From Deferribacteres bacterium (lineage in GTDB: Bacteria > Zhuqueibacterota > Zhuqueibacteria > Zhuqueibacterales > Geothermadaptataceae): DNA of 64,000 nucleotides. Location of the stretch: the NCBI GenBank assembly GCA_020633655.1, contig JACKDF010000003.1, positions 405,989 to 469,988 of the forward strand. The letters run 5' to 3'. The translations under genes and the position numbers were made by a program. Positions 39,377-50,653 of this stretch are shown here, in pieces. Every line of letters starts with the position of its first letter. The stretch's first letter is position 1. The notes below the pieces were generated by a model, which had not been told where the DNA came from, made no database searches, and saw only the letters and a program-made list of their open reading frames with translations.

Positions 39377-40762
39377 TCAATGCGTCAACTCAACACGCGT
39401 GCTGTCGTCATGCATCAAAAAAACAGTTAATTCAGTTACTTTGTCTTTCTGGATTTCAATTTCAGGCATGATTTGCGGGCTGTAACCTTCAGCCAGGATC
39501 GTCAGGTTGTATTTGCCTGGCGGCAACAGCCGTTCAAACCGGCCAAAGCGTTTTTCCGAAACACGCTCTCTCATGTATTTTGCTTCAAACCCATCTACCA
39601 GAATCTGAGCAGATACCGGTTTTCTGGTATGATAATCAACCACATGTCCGCGCAAACCAGTTTGCAATACCTTATCGAGAAAAAACATAATACTTTTCAT
39701 TGTCTGATGCAAAACTTTATTTACGGTCTCCTGGTCAGGGAAATATTCTGTCCCCAACTCAATTGTAAAATCAGCCGCACGCAAACGACCATGCATCCAA
39801 TTGGAGCTCTGCCCCGCCAGTCCATCCAGCATACCTATATCGTAGGTATCAAAATAGTGTTCTTTCTGCATAAATTGCGCAATTCCCGTCGCCAAGGTGA
39901 ACATCAATTCCTGATCCGGGGATGAATAGTAATTCCCCCAGGGAAAAAGCACGAGTTCGCCATAGCTGTGAAATGTTGCCCCCGCGATGACATTTTCCCG
40001 CAAGGCTAATTGTTGCATCGCCTGCACTTCCGCTTCCGAGGCCGGTGAATCACCACGGTAGTACCAGCTCTCGGGTGTATCTCCACCGCCATGAATCCAG
40101 TTGTAGTTATAATTCCGGTTGAGATCAACACCCAATCCTTTTTTAATTTGCCGTGCATAATAATTGCGCATATTTTTTCGCCACCACGGAAAGGTGCGCC
40201 CATGCTCAAACATATACTCATAACCATCGGGATTCACCACGGGAACTATCCAAATAGTAAAATTATCCACAAGTTTATGTACCGCATCCACCTTCTGGTA
40301 ATTCGAAGACATCTCCTGGATAAAATGTAAACAAAACAAGGCTCCAACAGGCTCACGTGCATGGTGCAAACCGGAAAGGAGAATTGCCGGCTCGTCCTCT
40401 GTCTTTTCAACCTGATCGCTGAGTTTCATGGCAAAAATAGGCTGGGCTTTGGTTGAACTGATTCCAATTTGTACTTTTTGCAGCAAATCAGGGTATTGTT
40501 GTGCCAAAGAATCCATCTGTGCATACATTTTTTCCAGGTCTGGATAAAAATCGGGAATTGTTTGTTTCTCAAAATCAGGTTGGTCGGGCGGCGTAGCTTG
40601 CGCAAAGAGTAAGGGTATCATAAAAAAGAGAAGGATACAAAGAAAATACTGCTGTGGATCGAGTCGTTGTTTGAACAGATAAAGTGAGCGAGAGACGGGA
40701 TTATTGCAGCAGTTCATAACACTTTTCCGAAGGTGGATGTAATTAAAATATTCAGAGCGCAC
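39377..40762 (-). CDS. M14 family zinc carboxypeptidase with C-terminal carboxypeptidase-regulatory-like domain
   Basis: LSGLHHAREPVG (HxxE zinc ligands), VVNPDGYEY, DLNRNY, TFHSYGELVLFPWG. C-terminal beta-sandwich-like LRGHVVDYHTRKPV...YNLTILAEGY. GTG track start; ATG at 40717 is an alternative. Confidence 0.85.
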   Translation of the reverse strand: MRSEYFNYIHLRKSVMNCCNNPVSRSLYLFKQRLDPQQYFLCILLFFMIPLLFAQATPPDQPDFEKQTIPDFYPDLEKMYAQMDSLAQQYPDLLQKVQIGISSTKAQPIFAMKLSDQVEKTEDEPAILLSGLHHAREPVGALFCLHFIQEMSSNYQKVDAVHKLVDNFTIWIVPVVNPDGYEYMFEHGRTFPWWRKNMRNYYARQIKKGLGVDLNRNYNYNWIHGGGDTPESWYYRGDSPASEAEVQAMQQLALRENVIAGATFHSYGELVLFPWGNYYSSPDQELMFTLATGIAQFMQKEHYFDTYDIGMLDGLAGQSSNWMHGRLRAADFTIELGTEYFPDQETVNKVLHQTMKSIMFFLDKVLQTGLRGHVVDYHTRKPVSAQILVDGFEAKYMRERVSEKRFGRFERLLPPGKYNLTILAEGYSPQIMPEIEIQKDKVTELTVFLMHDDSTRVELTH

Positions 40763-40797
40763 CGGACTATCCCGCCATCAGGGGAGGAAAACCAATT

Positions 40798-42282
40798 TTA
40801 CCCGATATTTTTCACTGAATGCTCCTTGCCATCAAAGATGAATCGTACTTTTTTCTCCCCTAATATCGATTCAAGATTTACGGGACGATTCCAGATGGTA
40901 TAGATATTTTTTAACGTATCTTGTGCTTCTTCAATATTCAAGTCAATGCCTTCGTGACGATGGCGCAGCAGCAATTCCCCACGGTTTAAAAAATTGCCAT
41001 CCTCAACGAAAATGAAAGGTTGTCCCCAGTTGGTTAATCCTTGTAAGAGCTTCTGTTTAACCACTTTAAATTCACGATCAGAGATTTCATAGTATCCGGT
41101 CGAAGCATTGTGTTGGTACGTGAAAAGTAGATGTTCACTGACAAATTCCGGTGTTAAAAAAGCGTCGATAAACATCACATCGTTGACCATTTTCCTGACT
41201 TCGAAGATTTTCTCTCGTCCGAGTCCCAATTTTTTATCCCAGTTTTTCTTTGTCCAGTAATCATCACATTCATCGTACTCTTTGCCGAATTTTCCCTTAT
41301 TCCAGCGATCTTCGATATCCTTGAACAGTTCAACTCCCAATCGATAAGGGTTGAGCTGACCGGGTGAAGCAGCAACGGTACCGGAATGGTGATCGGCATA
41401 ATCGATGATTTCAGCATCTGACAAAACCCTGGTTGTCATTATTTTTGAATGCCAGTAGGTTGCCCAACCTTCATTCATGATTTTCGTTTGGCCTTGAGGA
41501 GCAAAATAATAGGCTTCCTCACGAATTATCGACAGAATATCATACTGCCACTGTTCCAAAGGCGCGTGGGTGAGCAGAAATGCCAGCACGTCCTGTTGTG
41601 GATGCGGAGGAATCTTTTTACGCGATTTTTCCTGTTTTTCCTGCCATTCTTTTCTTTTTTGTTCGAGAATTTCCGGAGGATTGATATAACTCTCGAGGTA
41701 GGTTTTCTCACTATGAAAGCGAAAATCCAGGGAGCCATTTGGGTCCGTGGGTTTTTCGTCTTCCACCGCCACCGGTTGATTAAAAACCGAATGCGGTTCT
41801 ATGAGATTCTCGATGGAAAGGCAGGAATCGATAAAATTTTCAACCGTCTCCGCACCATAACGATCGATGTGGCGCTCAATCTGTGTTGCGTGATTCGCCA
41901 TGATATCCATCATCTTGCGATTGGTTTTCGAAAAATACATGTTGTTTTTAAAAAAATCGCAGTGGGCGTAGACATGCGCCATCACCAATTTCTGATCGAC
42001 CATCTGATTGCTTTTCATGAGATATGCATAGCACGGATCGTTGTTGATCACCATCTCATAAATTTTTGATAAACCATAGGCATAACTCTTCGACAATTCT
42101 TCGTATTGCATTCCAAATCGCCAATGCGGGTAGCGAATAGGAAATCCCCCATAGCTGGCAATATAGTTGATTTCTTCGTAGGTGATCAATTCGAAAATGG
42201 TTTCAAAAAAGTCCAGGCCGTATTCACGTGCGTATCCCTGGATTTCATCACGCCATTTTCTGTATTCCGAAGGTAAACTCAT
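40798..42282 (-). CDS. spoVR: SpoVR family protein (E. coli YcgB homolog)
   Basis: 494 aa; NDPCYAYLMKSN, VMAHVYAHCDFFKNN, NEGWATYWH are hallmark SpoVR blocks. The ATG directly abuts the yeaH stop. Confidence 0.9.
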   Translation of the reverse strand: MSLPSEYRKWRDEIQGYAREYGLDFFETIFELITYEEINYIASYGGFPIRYPHWRFGMQYEELSKSYAYGLSKIYEMVINNDPCYAYLMKSNQMVDQKLVMAHVYAHCDFFKNNMYFSKTNRKMMDIMANHATQIERHIDRYGAETVENFIDSCLSIENLIEPHSVFNQPVAVEDEKPTDPNGSLDFRFHSEKTYLESYINPPEILEQKRKEWQEKQEKSRKKIPPHPQQDVLAFLLTHAPLEQWQYDILSIIREEAYYFAPQGQTKIMNEGWATYWHSKIMTTRVLSDAEIIDYADHHSGTVAASPGQLNPYRLGVELFKDIEDRWNKGKFGKEYDECDDYWTKKNWDKKLGLGREKIFEVRKMVNDVMFIDAFLTPEFVSEHLLFTYQHNASTGYYEISDREFKVVKQKLLQGLTNWGQPFIFVEDGNFLNRGELLLRHRHEGIDLNIEEAQDTLKNIYTIWNRPVNLESILGEKKVRFIFDGKEHSVKNIG

Positions 42283-43386
42283 TTATCTGCCTTTACCAAG
42301 AAATTCCTTAATTGAATTGTAAATCGCTTCTTTATCACCAATCTCCGAGAGAACCAGCTTTTCTTCCTCCTGAAAATGGGTTCGCAGGTCTTTTATGAAC
42401 TGGCCGCTTCCGTAAGGACTTTCTACCTGCCCATAACAGAATAAGTTTGCTGCAGGCAGTAGCGTTTTTTCTAAAATAGAAAAGCATTCGTTTGTATCCG
42501 ATTCACCCCAATTATCCCCGTCGGAAAAATGGAAAAAGTAAATATTCCATTCATCCACTGGAAAATCCTGTTCGATCATTTCCCGTACCAGCTTGTAAGC
42601 CGAGGAGATGATGGTTCCACCGCTTTCCCGTGTCGTATAAAATGTTTCCCTATCCACGAGATGGGCAACGGCATCGTGAATGATGTAACGTGTTTCCAGA
42701 TTTTTGTATTGCCGCTGCAGCCAGGTATCAATCCAAAAAGATTCAAGCCGGACGATTTCCTTTTGCTCCTCCCCCATCGAACCGGAGACGTCCATCATGT
42801 AAACGATCAAAGCTTTTGCAACCGGTTCCTCTTTAATTTTCCATGTGCGGTAACGGCGATCTTCTCTAACGGGAACAATTATTGGATTTTTCGGATCATA
42901 ATTTCCAGCTGCAATTTGCCTGCGCAAGGCTCGCTTAAAGGTGTGTTTAAAATGACGGAGTGATTCCGGACCAGCCTGACTAATCCCGGTATAGACACGC
43001 TTATCACTTTGGATATTTTTTTGCCCTTTCGGCTGGATATTGGGCAATTCCAGTTCTTCGGCCAGCATATCGGCTAATTCCTCAAGGGAGACATCCACTT
43101 CCATGAGGTGTTCTCCGGGGGCAGTTCCGGCTTGTCCGTGCCCGGGATCATCGCCTTGTCCCACAGGCGTGCCTTTTTCCCCTTTCCCTTGCCCAACACC
43201 ACCGCCCATGCGTGGATCATGACGGAATTTTGGAATATGCACCTGATCGATCGGTATGGAGACAAAGTCCTTTCCCCTTTTGCCGATCATTTCACCACGG
43301 GTGATATATTTTTTCAAATTTTGTTTCACACGTCCACGAATGATATTGCGAAAGCGTGCCTGGTCTTTTTCTATTCGTTTTGACAT
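42283..43386 (-). CDS. yeaH: YeaH/YhbH family protein (DUF444, vWA-like)
   Basis: N-terminal [25 protein letters not shown] and MMDVSGSMG (vWA MIDAS-like). ATG at 43386; the track TTG at 43407 is also possible. Confidence 0.9.
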   Translation of the reverse strand: MSKRIEKDQARFRNIIRGRVKQNLKKYITRGEMIGKRGKDFVSIPIDQVHIPKFRHDPRMGGGVGQGKGEKGTPVGQGDDPGHGQAGTAPGEHLMEVDVSLEELADMLAEELELPNIQPKGQKNIQSDKRVYTGISQAGPESLRHFKHTFKRALRRQIAAGNYDPKNPIIVPVREDRRYRTWKIKEEPVAKALIVYMMDVSGSMGEEQKEIVRLESFWIDTWLQRQYKNLETRYIIHDAVAHLVDRETFYTTRESGGTIISSAYKLVREMIEQDFPVDEWNIYFFHFSDGDNWGESDTNECFSILEKTLLPAANLFCYGQVESPYGSGQFIKDLRTHFQEEEKLVLSEIGDKEAIYNSIKEFLGKGR

Positions 43387-43413
43387 GGGATACCTATTGA
43401 TTTGCAATTATAT

Positions 43414-45489
43414 TCAGGAATTACTGGTGTTCTTTGCGTCACCCCGGGCGAAAATACTGGCAACATAATTTAAAACATCCGTTGCACTCTCGTCATTGTA
43501 GCCGTAATATTTTATCATCCTCGATTTAACAACATCAATTTTTTCCTGCGTTTCTTTATCAACGACGTTGGAGATCAACGATGTCAGCTTGATGGAGTCT
43601 TTCTGGTCCTCGAACAGTTTCAGCTCAAGGGCTTTCTGTAACCGTTCATTGGAGCGATAGTCAAAGGTTTTGCCTTCCAAAGCCAGGGCACCGATATAGT
43701 TCATGATTTCACGCCGAAAATCTTCCTTTCGGCTTTCCGGGATTTCGATTTTCATTTCAATTGATCGCATAAGCATTTCGTCCGGCTCTTCATCGACGCC
43801 CGTGTAAACGTTTTTAACCTTCTGCTTTTGCGTGTAAGCTTTCACATTATCGATGTAATTGCCGCACAAGCGTTTGAGGGCATCTTCATCGGCAGCGATA
43901 GCGCGTTGGACTTCATTTTTGACGATATCCGTGTATTCTTCTTTCACCACGGAAAGCAGTTCACGGTAGCGTTTGCGCTGGTCCTCATTGCGGATGAGAC
44001 TATGACTTTTTAAACCTTGCTCAAGTTCATTTAAAACCATAAAAGGATTGATTGATTTGCGTTCGGCTTCATGCACCAGGGCATTGGAAATTTTATCCTG
44101 AATATAACGCGGTGAAATTCCTTCCATTCCCTCACGCACCGACTCATTGCGCAATTCTTTAATGTTGTCCCGTGTAAATCCCGGCAAAGATTTACCATTG
44201 TAGAGTTTTAATTTTTGCAGCAGCGAGAGCTGGGCTTTCTTGGGTTCTTCAAGGCGAGTCAACACAGCCCACATGGCCGCCATCTCAATGGTGTGTGGCG
44301 CGATATGCATACCGCGTACTTTTTTCTCGTAAAAATCTTTTTTATAAATTTTGATTTCATCATCGAGACGCGTTATGTAGGGAACATCGATTTTCACTGT
44401 ACGGTCACGCAGGGCTTCCATAAACTCATTGGATTGTAATTTTCGGTATTCCGGTTCATTTGTGTGCCCGATAATCACCTCATCGATATCCGTCTGTGCA
44501 AATTTTTTCGGTTTGATTTTATGTTCCTGCGAGGCACTCAGGAGATCGTATAGAAAAGCCACATCCAGTTTCAGAACTTCGATAAATTCAATAATTCCAC
44601 GATTGGCAATGTTAAATTCCCCATCAAAATTGAATGCCCGTGGGTCGGAGTCAGAACCGTAAAGTGCAATTTTGCGATAATTTATATCACCAGTTAATTC
44701 GGTGGAATCCTGGTTCTTTTCATCCTTCGGTTGAAAAGTACCGACGCCGATCCGGTCTTTTTCTGACAGCACCAAACGACTGACTTTCACATGCGAAAGT
44801 ATAGTGCCCCAATCGCCCTGGTGTTCCTTTAAAAATTCCCGGAAAGTTTGCCGACAGAAAGGACAAAGTTCGGAGTACATCGCCGCGGGAATATCGTCAC
44901 TTTCTCCAAACAATGTTTCGATGAAGCGTTCCCGGTAATCTTCCGGAATGAGATGCAACGGATCCTCGTGCATGGGACAACTGACCCATTCCGTCTCCCC
45001 TTCTTCGTTTTTTAGTTCCCATTTGAATGTATATAGAGCGCCGTCATCGGTACGTGAATAATTTTCCAGTCCTTTTTTAAGGAGCCGGACAATCGTACTT
45101 TTCGAGGATCCAACGGGGCCATGTAAAAGGAATACGCGCTTTTCAGTCCCATATTGTTGCGCCGCGGCTTTAAATAAATTGACAATTTTCATCAACTGCC
45201 TGTCAAGTCCAAACACCGCATCATTGCCATTGTCGATGGGATCATCAAAAAATTTATACCGAATAACTTTTTCCCGGTCTTCCTCGTATTCAACTGACCC
45301 ATAGGAGAGAATCATATCGTAAATACGCTCAAATGCCGACCGTGTAATTTTGGGATTTTCTTTAACCATTGTCAGATAGTCCTCAAAACTCCCTTCCCAG
45401 GTTAAAGCGCGATACGTCTCGATGTTGCTACCGGTGCCAATAATATCTTTGATACTCACTTTTGATTTAACCTGTTTATCATTCGCCAT
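43414..45489 (-). CDS. prkA: PrkA family serine protein kinase (E. coli YeaG homolog)
   Basis: 691 aa; Walker [13 protein letters not shown] and a PrkA C-terminal kinase-like region. Strong SD (GGAGGTATAAA-ATG). Confidence 0.95.
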   Translation of the reverse strand: MANDKQVKSKVSIKDIIGTGSNIETYRALTWEGSFEDYLTMVKENPKITRSAFERIYDMILSYGSVEYEEDREKVIRYKFFDDPIDNGNDAVFGLDRQLMKIVNLFKAAAQQYGTEKRVFLLHGPVGSSKSTIVRLLKKGLENYSRTDDGALYTFKWELKNEEGETEWVSCPMHEDPLHLIPEDYRERFIETLFGESDDIPAAMYSELCPFCRQTFREFLKEHQGDWGTILSHVKVSRLVLSEKDRIGVGTFQPKDEKNQDSTELTGDINYRKIALYGSDSDPRAFNFDGEFNIANRGIIEFIEVLKLDVAFLYDLLSASQEHKIKPKKFAQTDIDEVIIGHTNEPEYRKLQSNEFMEALRDRTVKIDVPYITRLDDEIKIYKKDFYEKKVRGMHIAPHTIEMAAMWAVLTRLEEPKKAQLSLLQKLKLYNGKSLPGFTRDNIKELRNESVREGMEGISPRYIQDKISNALVHEAERKSINPFMVLNELEQGLKSHSLIRNEDQRKRYRELLSVVKEEYTDIVKNEVQRAIAADEDALKRLCGNYIDNVKAYTQKQKVKNVYTGVDEEPDEMLMRSIEMKIEIPESRKEDFRREIMNYIGALALEGKTFDYRSNERLQKALELKLFEDQKDSIKLTSLISNVVDKETQEKIDVVKSRMIKYYGYNDESATDVLNYVASIFARGDAKNTSNS

Positions 45490-45766
45490 TTTATACCTCC
45501 ATCACGCATACGGTTAGGGATTATTTTCGTTTTTCCATACCCATTTTAATAATCGGCAAGGAACGATAAAGCCCCGTGAGAATGACCACCTAAATACGGA
45601 TTTTATCCTCTAAACAACACCTGTTCGCAGATAATTCCTTGCAATCCTGTAACGTAAAATGCGGTAAATTTGTTCATGATACGTCAATTTTCATTTATTT
45701 TCTATTGACAATAATTATTTATTTTTGTAAAAGTTATGCGGGCATTCTCAAAACTTGGGGTGATTT

Positions 45767-47308
45767 ATGTTATCAAAAATTAAGAGCGCAGCTCTACTCG
45801 GTATCGATGCTTATGTTGTCACAGTTGAAACCCACCTTGAAGGACAACTTCCCTCCATTCTCACCGTTGGCTTACCCGAAGGCGCAGTCAGGGAATCCAA
45901 AGAGCGAATCTGGGCGGCGATTAAAAACAGCGATCTGCGATTTCCACAAAAAAAAGTAACCATCAATTTAGCTCCGGCGGACATTAAAAAAGAAGGCACT
46001 GCTTTTGATTTGCCAATGGCAATCGGCATTCTTGCAGCTGGCGGACAAATTGCACGCACCAAACTACATGACTACATCATCATTGGTGAGCTCTCGCTGG
46101 ATGGCAGTTTGCAACCTGTGCATGGCGTGCTTCCCATAGCACTCATTGCGAAAAAAAATAAATTCAAGGGAATTATCCTGCCACCAGGCAATGCCAAAGA
46201 AGCAGCGATTGTCGACTCTATAGAAGTAATACCCGCAAAAAACCTGCAGCAAGCAATTCAATTTTTAAATAATCAAAATCCGATACAGCCTTTTCGTCTC
46301 GATAGCCACGCTCTGTTCTCCAGTGCACAGAATACGCTGCTCGATTTTAAAGATGTGAAAGGACAGGAAAGCACAAAGCGATCCCTCGAAATTGCCGCAG
46401 CAGGTGGACATAACATTATTATGATTGGTCCCCCAGGTTCCGGGAAAACTATGCTGGCCAAACGATTCGCCACCATTTTACCTGATATGACACTGGATGA
46501 AGCGCTTGAGACAACAAAAATACATTCGGTAGCGGGTTTGTTGCCTGCTGATTCGGCACTCATCGCCACACGACCATTTCGCTCGCCCCACCACACGATC
46601 AGCGATGCCGGACTTATTGGTGGCGGAAAAATACCCAAACCCGGGGAAGTCAGTCTTTCTCACCACGGCGTGCTCTTTTTGGATGAAATGCCCGAATTTA
46701 AGAAGAATGTACTGGAAGTTTTGCGCCAACCTATGGAAGACGGTGTCGTCACGATTTCACGTGCTTTGCTGTCCCTCACCTATCCCGCCAAGTTTTTGCT
46801 CGTAACTGCTATGAACCCCTGTCCCTGCGGATTTTTAAACGATCCCAAGCACGAATGCACCTGCACGACTCCACAAGTCCAGCGCTATCTGGCAAAAATC
46901 AGCGGGCCTTTATTGGACAGAATCGATATTCATGTGGAAGTTCCGGCAGTGAAATACAAAGAACTGACATCGGAACAAAATGGTGAGACCTCTGCAGAAA
47001 TCAGAGCACGGGTTATGAAGGCACGGACACGGCAACAGCTGCGATTTTCTGAGCTTAAACATGTTTTCTGCAATGCGCACATGGGCTCACGGGAAATCCG
47101 CACCTATTGCCGAATCGATACGCAGGGGCAGGAATTAATGCGCATGGCGATCAACAAGCTTGGTTTTTCAGCGCGCGCATACGATCGCATTCTCAAGGTC
47201 GCACGAACGATTGCGGATTTAGCGGGGAGTGAATCAATCCAACCAGAACACATCAGCGAGGCGATTCAGTATCGGAGTTTGGACCGGAATTTTAGTTTTG
47301 TGGGGTGA
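45767..47308 (+). CDS. comM: YifB/ComM family Mg-chelatase-like AAA+ ATPase
   Basis: N-terminal Lon-protease-like domain (VETHLEGQLPSILTVGLPEGAVRESKERI), Walker A GPPGSGKTM, VLFLDEMPEF, and a Cys cluster NPCPCG. Confidence 0.95.
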   Translation: MLSKIKSAALLGIDAYVVTVETHLEGQLPSILTVGLPEGAVRESKERIWAAIKNSDLRFPQKKVTINLAPADIKKEGTAFDLPMAIGILAAGGQIARTKLHDYIIIGELSLDGSLQPVHGVLPIALIAKKNKFKGIILPPGNAKEAAIVDSIEVIPAKNLQQAIQFLNNQNPIQPFRLDSHALFSSAQNTLLDFKDVKGQESTKRSLEIAAAGGHNIIMIGPPGSGKTMLAKRFATILPDMTLDEALETTKIHSVAGLLPADSALIATRPFRSPHHTISDAGLIGGGKIPKPGEVSLSHHGVLFLDEMPEFKKNVLEVLRQPMEDGVVTISRALLSLTYPAKFLLVTAMNPCPCGFLNDPKHECTCTTPQVQRYLAKISGPLLDRIDIHVEVPAVKYKELTSEQNGETSAEIRARVMKARTRQQLRFSELKHVFCNAHMGSREIRTYCRIDTQGQELMRMAINKLGFSARAYDRILKVARTIADLAGSESIQPEHISEAIQYRSLDRNFSFVG

Positions 47309-47561
47309 ATGAAATACTTGTTCAAATAGCTTCATCGTGTACGAAAACTAGCGATGGATTTGCTGTTGTCCTGCACTTAAAACCAATTCAAGTTCCCTTA
47401 GCTACACATCCTTTCAGAAAAGACTTGTTCCTTACAAAAGTATCCCTTATGATTTAAAAAATTTATCCCAATTTTTTGAAGGGCAAACTTTTAAATATAA
47501 AAAGACTATCGAGAGAGTTTCTCGTACTTCGAACAGCATAAAAATTTTCAGGAAGCGTGTT

Positions 47562-49007
47562 TTGACGAACAAATCCACACAATACCGCCGGATTGCCTCA
47601 TTGAAAAATAGCGGTGAATTTAAAACCTATATTGAACATTTGGGCATTGATCTGCCCTTCGATGAAGAACTGGAAAATCCGGGTCAATCATCTTTAGGGC
47701 AACCCTACAAAATGCAGAATGGTTTTACGATTGGAAACAGGTTTTGCATCCTTCCCATGGAGGGATGGGATGGAACAACTACTGGCAAACCTTCGCAGGA
47801 GACCACCCGGCGATGGCAACGTTTTGGACTCAGCGGAGCCAAACTCATTTGGGGGGGCGAGGCTGTTGCCGTCCGCCACGACGGCCGTGCGAATCCGAAC
47901 CAATTGCTGATTAATGAAACAAATATCGATGCATTACGCACGCTACGGGAAGAATTAATTGCACATCATGCGCTAAACACCGGCAGAACGGAGGACCTTC
48001 TCATCGGCTTGCAACTGACACATTCAGGGCGATTTGCCAGGCCCGATAGTGACAAACAGCTCAAGCCACGAACGCTTTACAAGCATCCACTCCTCGACAC
48101 AAAGTTCAATATCGATTCCGCAAAGGCCCTGTTAAGCGATGAAGAAATCGAACAAATAATCGCGGATTTTATAAAAGCTGCCAGGCTGTCCTATGATGCT
48201 GGCTTTCATTTTGTCGATATCAAACATTGCCACGGTTACTTGGGGCATGAGTTTCTCAGTGCCTTTGATCGCCCAGGCCCCTATGGTGGCAGCTTCGAAA
48301 ACCGGACGCGTTTTTTGCGCGAAGTTGTGAGTGGAATTCGGAGGACAGTCCCCGAACTGCAGATTGGCGTTCGCCTCAGTGCTTTTGACTGGATACCATT
48401 TACTCCCGGTGAAGGGAATATTGGCCAACCAGTATTTTTCAATAATTATAGCTATGCATTCGGTGGCACCAACGCCACAGGCATCGATTTGACCGAGCCT
48501 TTGGCATTCCTGCGACTTCTTGAATCCTTAGGTGTTGAACTTGTGTGCATTACTGCGGGCAGTCCCTATTATAATCCGCATATACAGCGCCCCGCCCTCT
48601 TTCCACCTTCGGATGGTTATCTTCCCCCGGAAGATCCATTGGTAGGAGTTTCCCGGCAACTAAATGTAACGGCGAAATTGAAGGAAGCCTTTCCGAATCT
48701 GTGCATTGTTGGTTCAGCTTACAGCTATTTACAGGACTACCTTCCGAACGTTGCTCAGAGTGTCATTCGAAATGGAATGGCTGACTTTGTTGGCCTCGGC
48801 CGAACAGTGCTCAGTTATCCGGAAATGCCCCTTGATATTCTAAAGGGCAAACAGCTGAACCGCAAAGCAATCTGTAGAACCTTCAGTGATTGTACCACCG
48901 CGCCACGACAAGGCATGATTTCCGGATGTTATCCTTTGGATGACTTTTATGGCAAGAAACCGGAGGCAGAAAAATTAAAACAGTACAAAAAAGACAATCG
49001 CTCGTAA
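47562..49007 (+). CDS. NADH:flavin oxidoreductase (Old Yellow Enzyme superfamily), long form
   Basis: [42 protein letters not shown] start with AGGAAG upstream. About 100-aa C-terminal extension with scattered Cys. Confidence 0.8.
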   Translation: MTNKSTQYRRIASLKNSGEFKTYIEHLGIDLPFDEELENPGQSSLGQPYKMQNGFTIGNRFCILPMEGWDGTTTGKPSQETTRRWQRFGLSGAKLIWGGEAVAVRHDGRANPNQLLINETNIDALRTLREELIAHHALNTGRTEDLLIGLQLTHSGRFARPDSDKQLKPRTLYKHPLLDTKFNIDSAKALLSDEEIEQIIADFIKAARLSYDAGFHFVDIKHCHGYLGHEFLSAFDRPGPYGGSFENRTRFLREVVSGIRRTVPELQIGVRLSAFDWIPFTPGEGNIGQPVFFNNYSYAFGGTNATGIDLTEPLAFLRLLESLGVELVCITAGSPYYNPHIQRPALFPPSDGYLPPEDPLVGVSRQLNVTAKLKEAFPNLCIVGSAYSYLQDYLPNVAQSVIRNGMADFVGLGRTVLSYPEMPLDILKGKQLNRKAICRTFSDCTTAPRQGMISGCYPLDDFYGKKPEAEKLKQYKKDNRS

Positions 49008-49020
49008 TTCAGGAGAAAAT

Positions 49021-49251
49021 ATGATTACACGATCGAATAGAAAGTGGATAGCGTGTTGTTGTGCAGCACTTGTCCTGGTTGTCATTACTTTTACCCCTTT
49101 GGTTATTCCCTACGGCATTTATAAACCGATGCTTTGGGGTATACCCTACACCTTGTGGACAGGTGTTTTCTGTACAATTGCATTCGTCATTCTGACTTTG
49201 ATTGCAACCAGAGTTCATCCGGCACGGGAAAATGAGGCGGTTAAACAATGA
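49021..49251 (+). CDS. Small membrane protein (DUF3311-like) accessory to Na+/solute symporter
   Basis: 76 aa with two TM helices and a GIPYTLWTGVF motif. Stop overlaps the symporter start (ATGA at 49248). Confidence 0.6.
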   Translation: MITRSNRKWIACCCAALVLVVITFTPLVIPYGIYKPMLWGIPYTLWTGVFCTIAFVILTLIATRVHPARENEAVKQ

Positions 49252-50651
49252 CTATATGGCTGATTATTTTGGGCAGTATCTATATAACGACGCTGTTAAG
49301 TCTGGCGCTCTATTCAAAACGACGTACGAAAAGCACAAATGACTTCATGATGGCCGGTTCCAACATCGGTCTGGTGCTTGGCTTTATGACCTTTGCGGCG
49401 ACTTTGTTCAGCACTTTTACGCTTATGGGCATGCCCGATTTCTTTCGCCATCACGGCATTGCGGCCTGGATATTTCTGGCTGTATCGGATGGTGGTATGG
49501 TGTTTTTAATCGTTTGGTTTGGTTACCATCTGCGAAAAAAGGTTTCCGAAAAAGGCTACCAGGGACTCGCCGGTTTGCTGCACGAGTGCTACAAAAATAA
49601 ATTGGCAGGCTATGTCTATTTTTTAGGTGCTTTTGTTTTTCTCATTCCTTATGTAGCCATCCAGATACGAGGTGTATCAATCTTCCTCAATGCGATATTC
49701 CCGGAATTGCTCCCCAGCTGGATATGGGCAAGTTTCATCATAGTCATCATGTTAATTTACAGTGAAATTGGCGGGTTGAAAGGTATCATGTACGCCGATT
49801 TTATGCAGGGCACAATTCTTCTCATCACTGTATGGTTGATTGCGAGCAATTGTGTCGCTTACTTTGGTGGAATTGGTGAAATGTTTGCTCAAGTCGAAGC
49901 CAGCAATCCAGCACTTTTATCCGCGCCGGGACCAAATGGTTTATTTAGCGTGCATTTTCTAGTCTCCTCCTTTCTCGCGATTCTGTTGATCCCTGTAACA
50001 CAACCTCAATTGACAACCCGGCTTGTGGTTATGCGGAACCTGACGGCCACCCACAGAATGGCGGTTGCTGTTGGTTTTTTCGCCATTATGATTATTTTGC
50101 CAACGGTCGCCATCGGTATGTATGGCGCTGTGCGGTATCCCGATGCGACCACGAGCGATTACCTGACACAAGTTTTGTTATTTGATCAACCCATGCTCAT
50201 TGCATCAATCACAGTGATCGGTTTGATCGCCGCGGCGCTCTCTACCAGTGATTCGCAGATTTTTGCTTTGGGTGGCGAGTTTCGATCAATCCTGGGAGGC
50301 GATGAAAAAAAATTGATGCTGCAAACCAGAGTTGCGGTCGTGTTTTTTGGACTTGCTGCGTTGGTTTTTTCAATTTTGAGTAGCGACCAATTAGTACTCC
50401 TGGCCCGGGTAAGTTTTGCTGGCACCTCCCTGATGGCTCCAATGATAATTGCCGCTATCCTAAGCTCGCGGCCGCCTGGTTTGGAAGTTGTTATTTTAAC
50501 GGCAACCGGCCTGCTGTTTTTTATTGGATCGCTTTTTGGTTACCTGCCGCAAGTACTTTTCGGCCTTCGCATTGAAACTTTTATCCTTATAAGTCTGGCA
50601 CTCCTGACAAGTCTCTCCTTTAATTACCGCAGAAAAACAGCCGGAGCTTGA
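49248..50651 (+). CDS. Sodium:solute symporter (SSS) family transporter
   Basis: 467 aa, about 12-13 TM helices, SSS-like blocks (FMMAGSNIGLV, GGLKGIMYADFMQG). Confidence 0.9.
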   Translation: MTIWLIILGSIYITTLLSLALYSKRRTKSTNDFMMAGSNIGLVLGFMTFAATLFSTFTLMGMPDFFRHHGIAAWIFLAVSDGGMVFLIVWFGYHLRKKVSEKGYQGLAGLLHECYKNKLAGYVYFLGAFVFLIPYVAIQIRGVSIFLNAIFPELLPSWIWASFIIVIMLIYSEIGGLKGIMYADFMQGTILLITVWLIASNCVAYFGGIGEMFAQVEASNPALLSAPGPNGLFSVHFLVSSFLAILLIPVTQPQLTTRLVVMRNLTATHRMAVAVGFFAIMIILPTVAIGMYGAVRYPDATTSDYLTQVLLFDQPMLIASITVIGLIAAALSTSDSQIFALGGEFRSILGGDEKKLMLQTRVAVVFFGLAALVFSILSSDQLVLLARVSFAGTSLMAPMIIAAILSSRPPGLEVVILTATGLLFFIGSLFGYLPQVLFGLRIETFILISLALLTSLSFNYRRKTAGA

Positions 50652-50653
50652 GA

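Noticed and set aside
41449-42069. 206-aa plus-strand ORF inside spoVR.
   Set aside because: It is antisense to a highly conserved SpoVR sequence and is a shadow ORF.
49009-49248. 79-aa minus-strand ORF overlapping the DUF3311-like gene.
   Set aside because: The plus-strand reading gives a two-TM protein with an ATGA overlap onto the symporter, the standard DUF3311/SSS arrangement. The minus-strand product is Cys/Asn-rich with no support.
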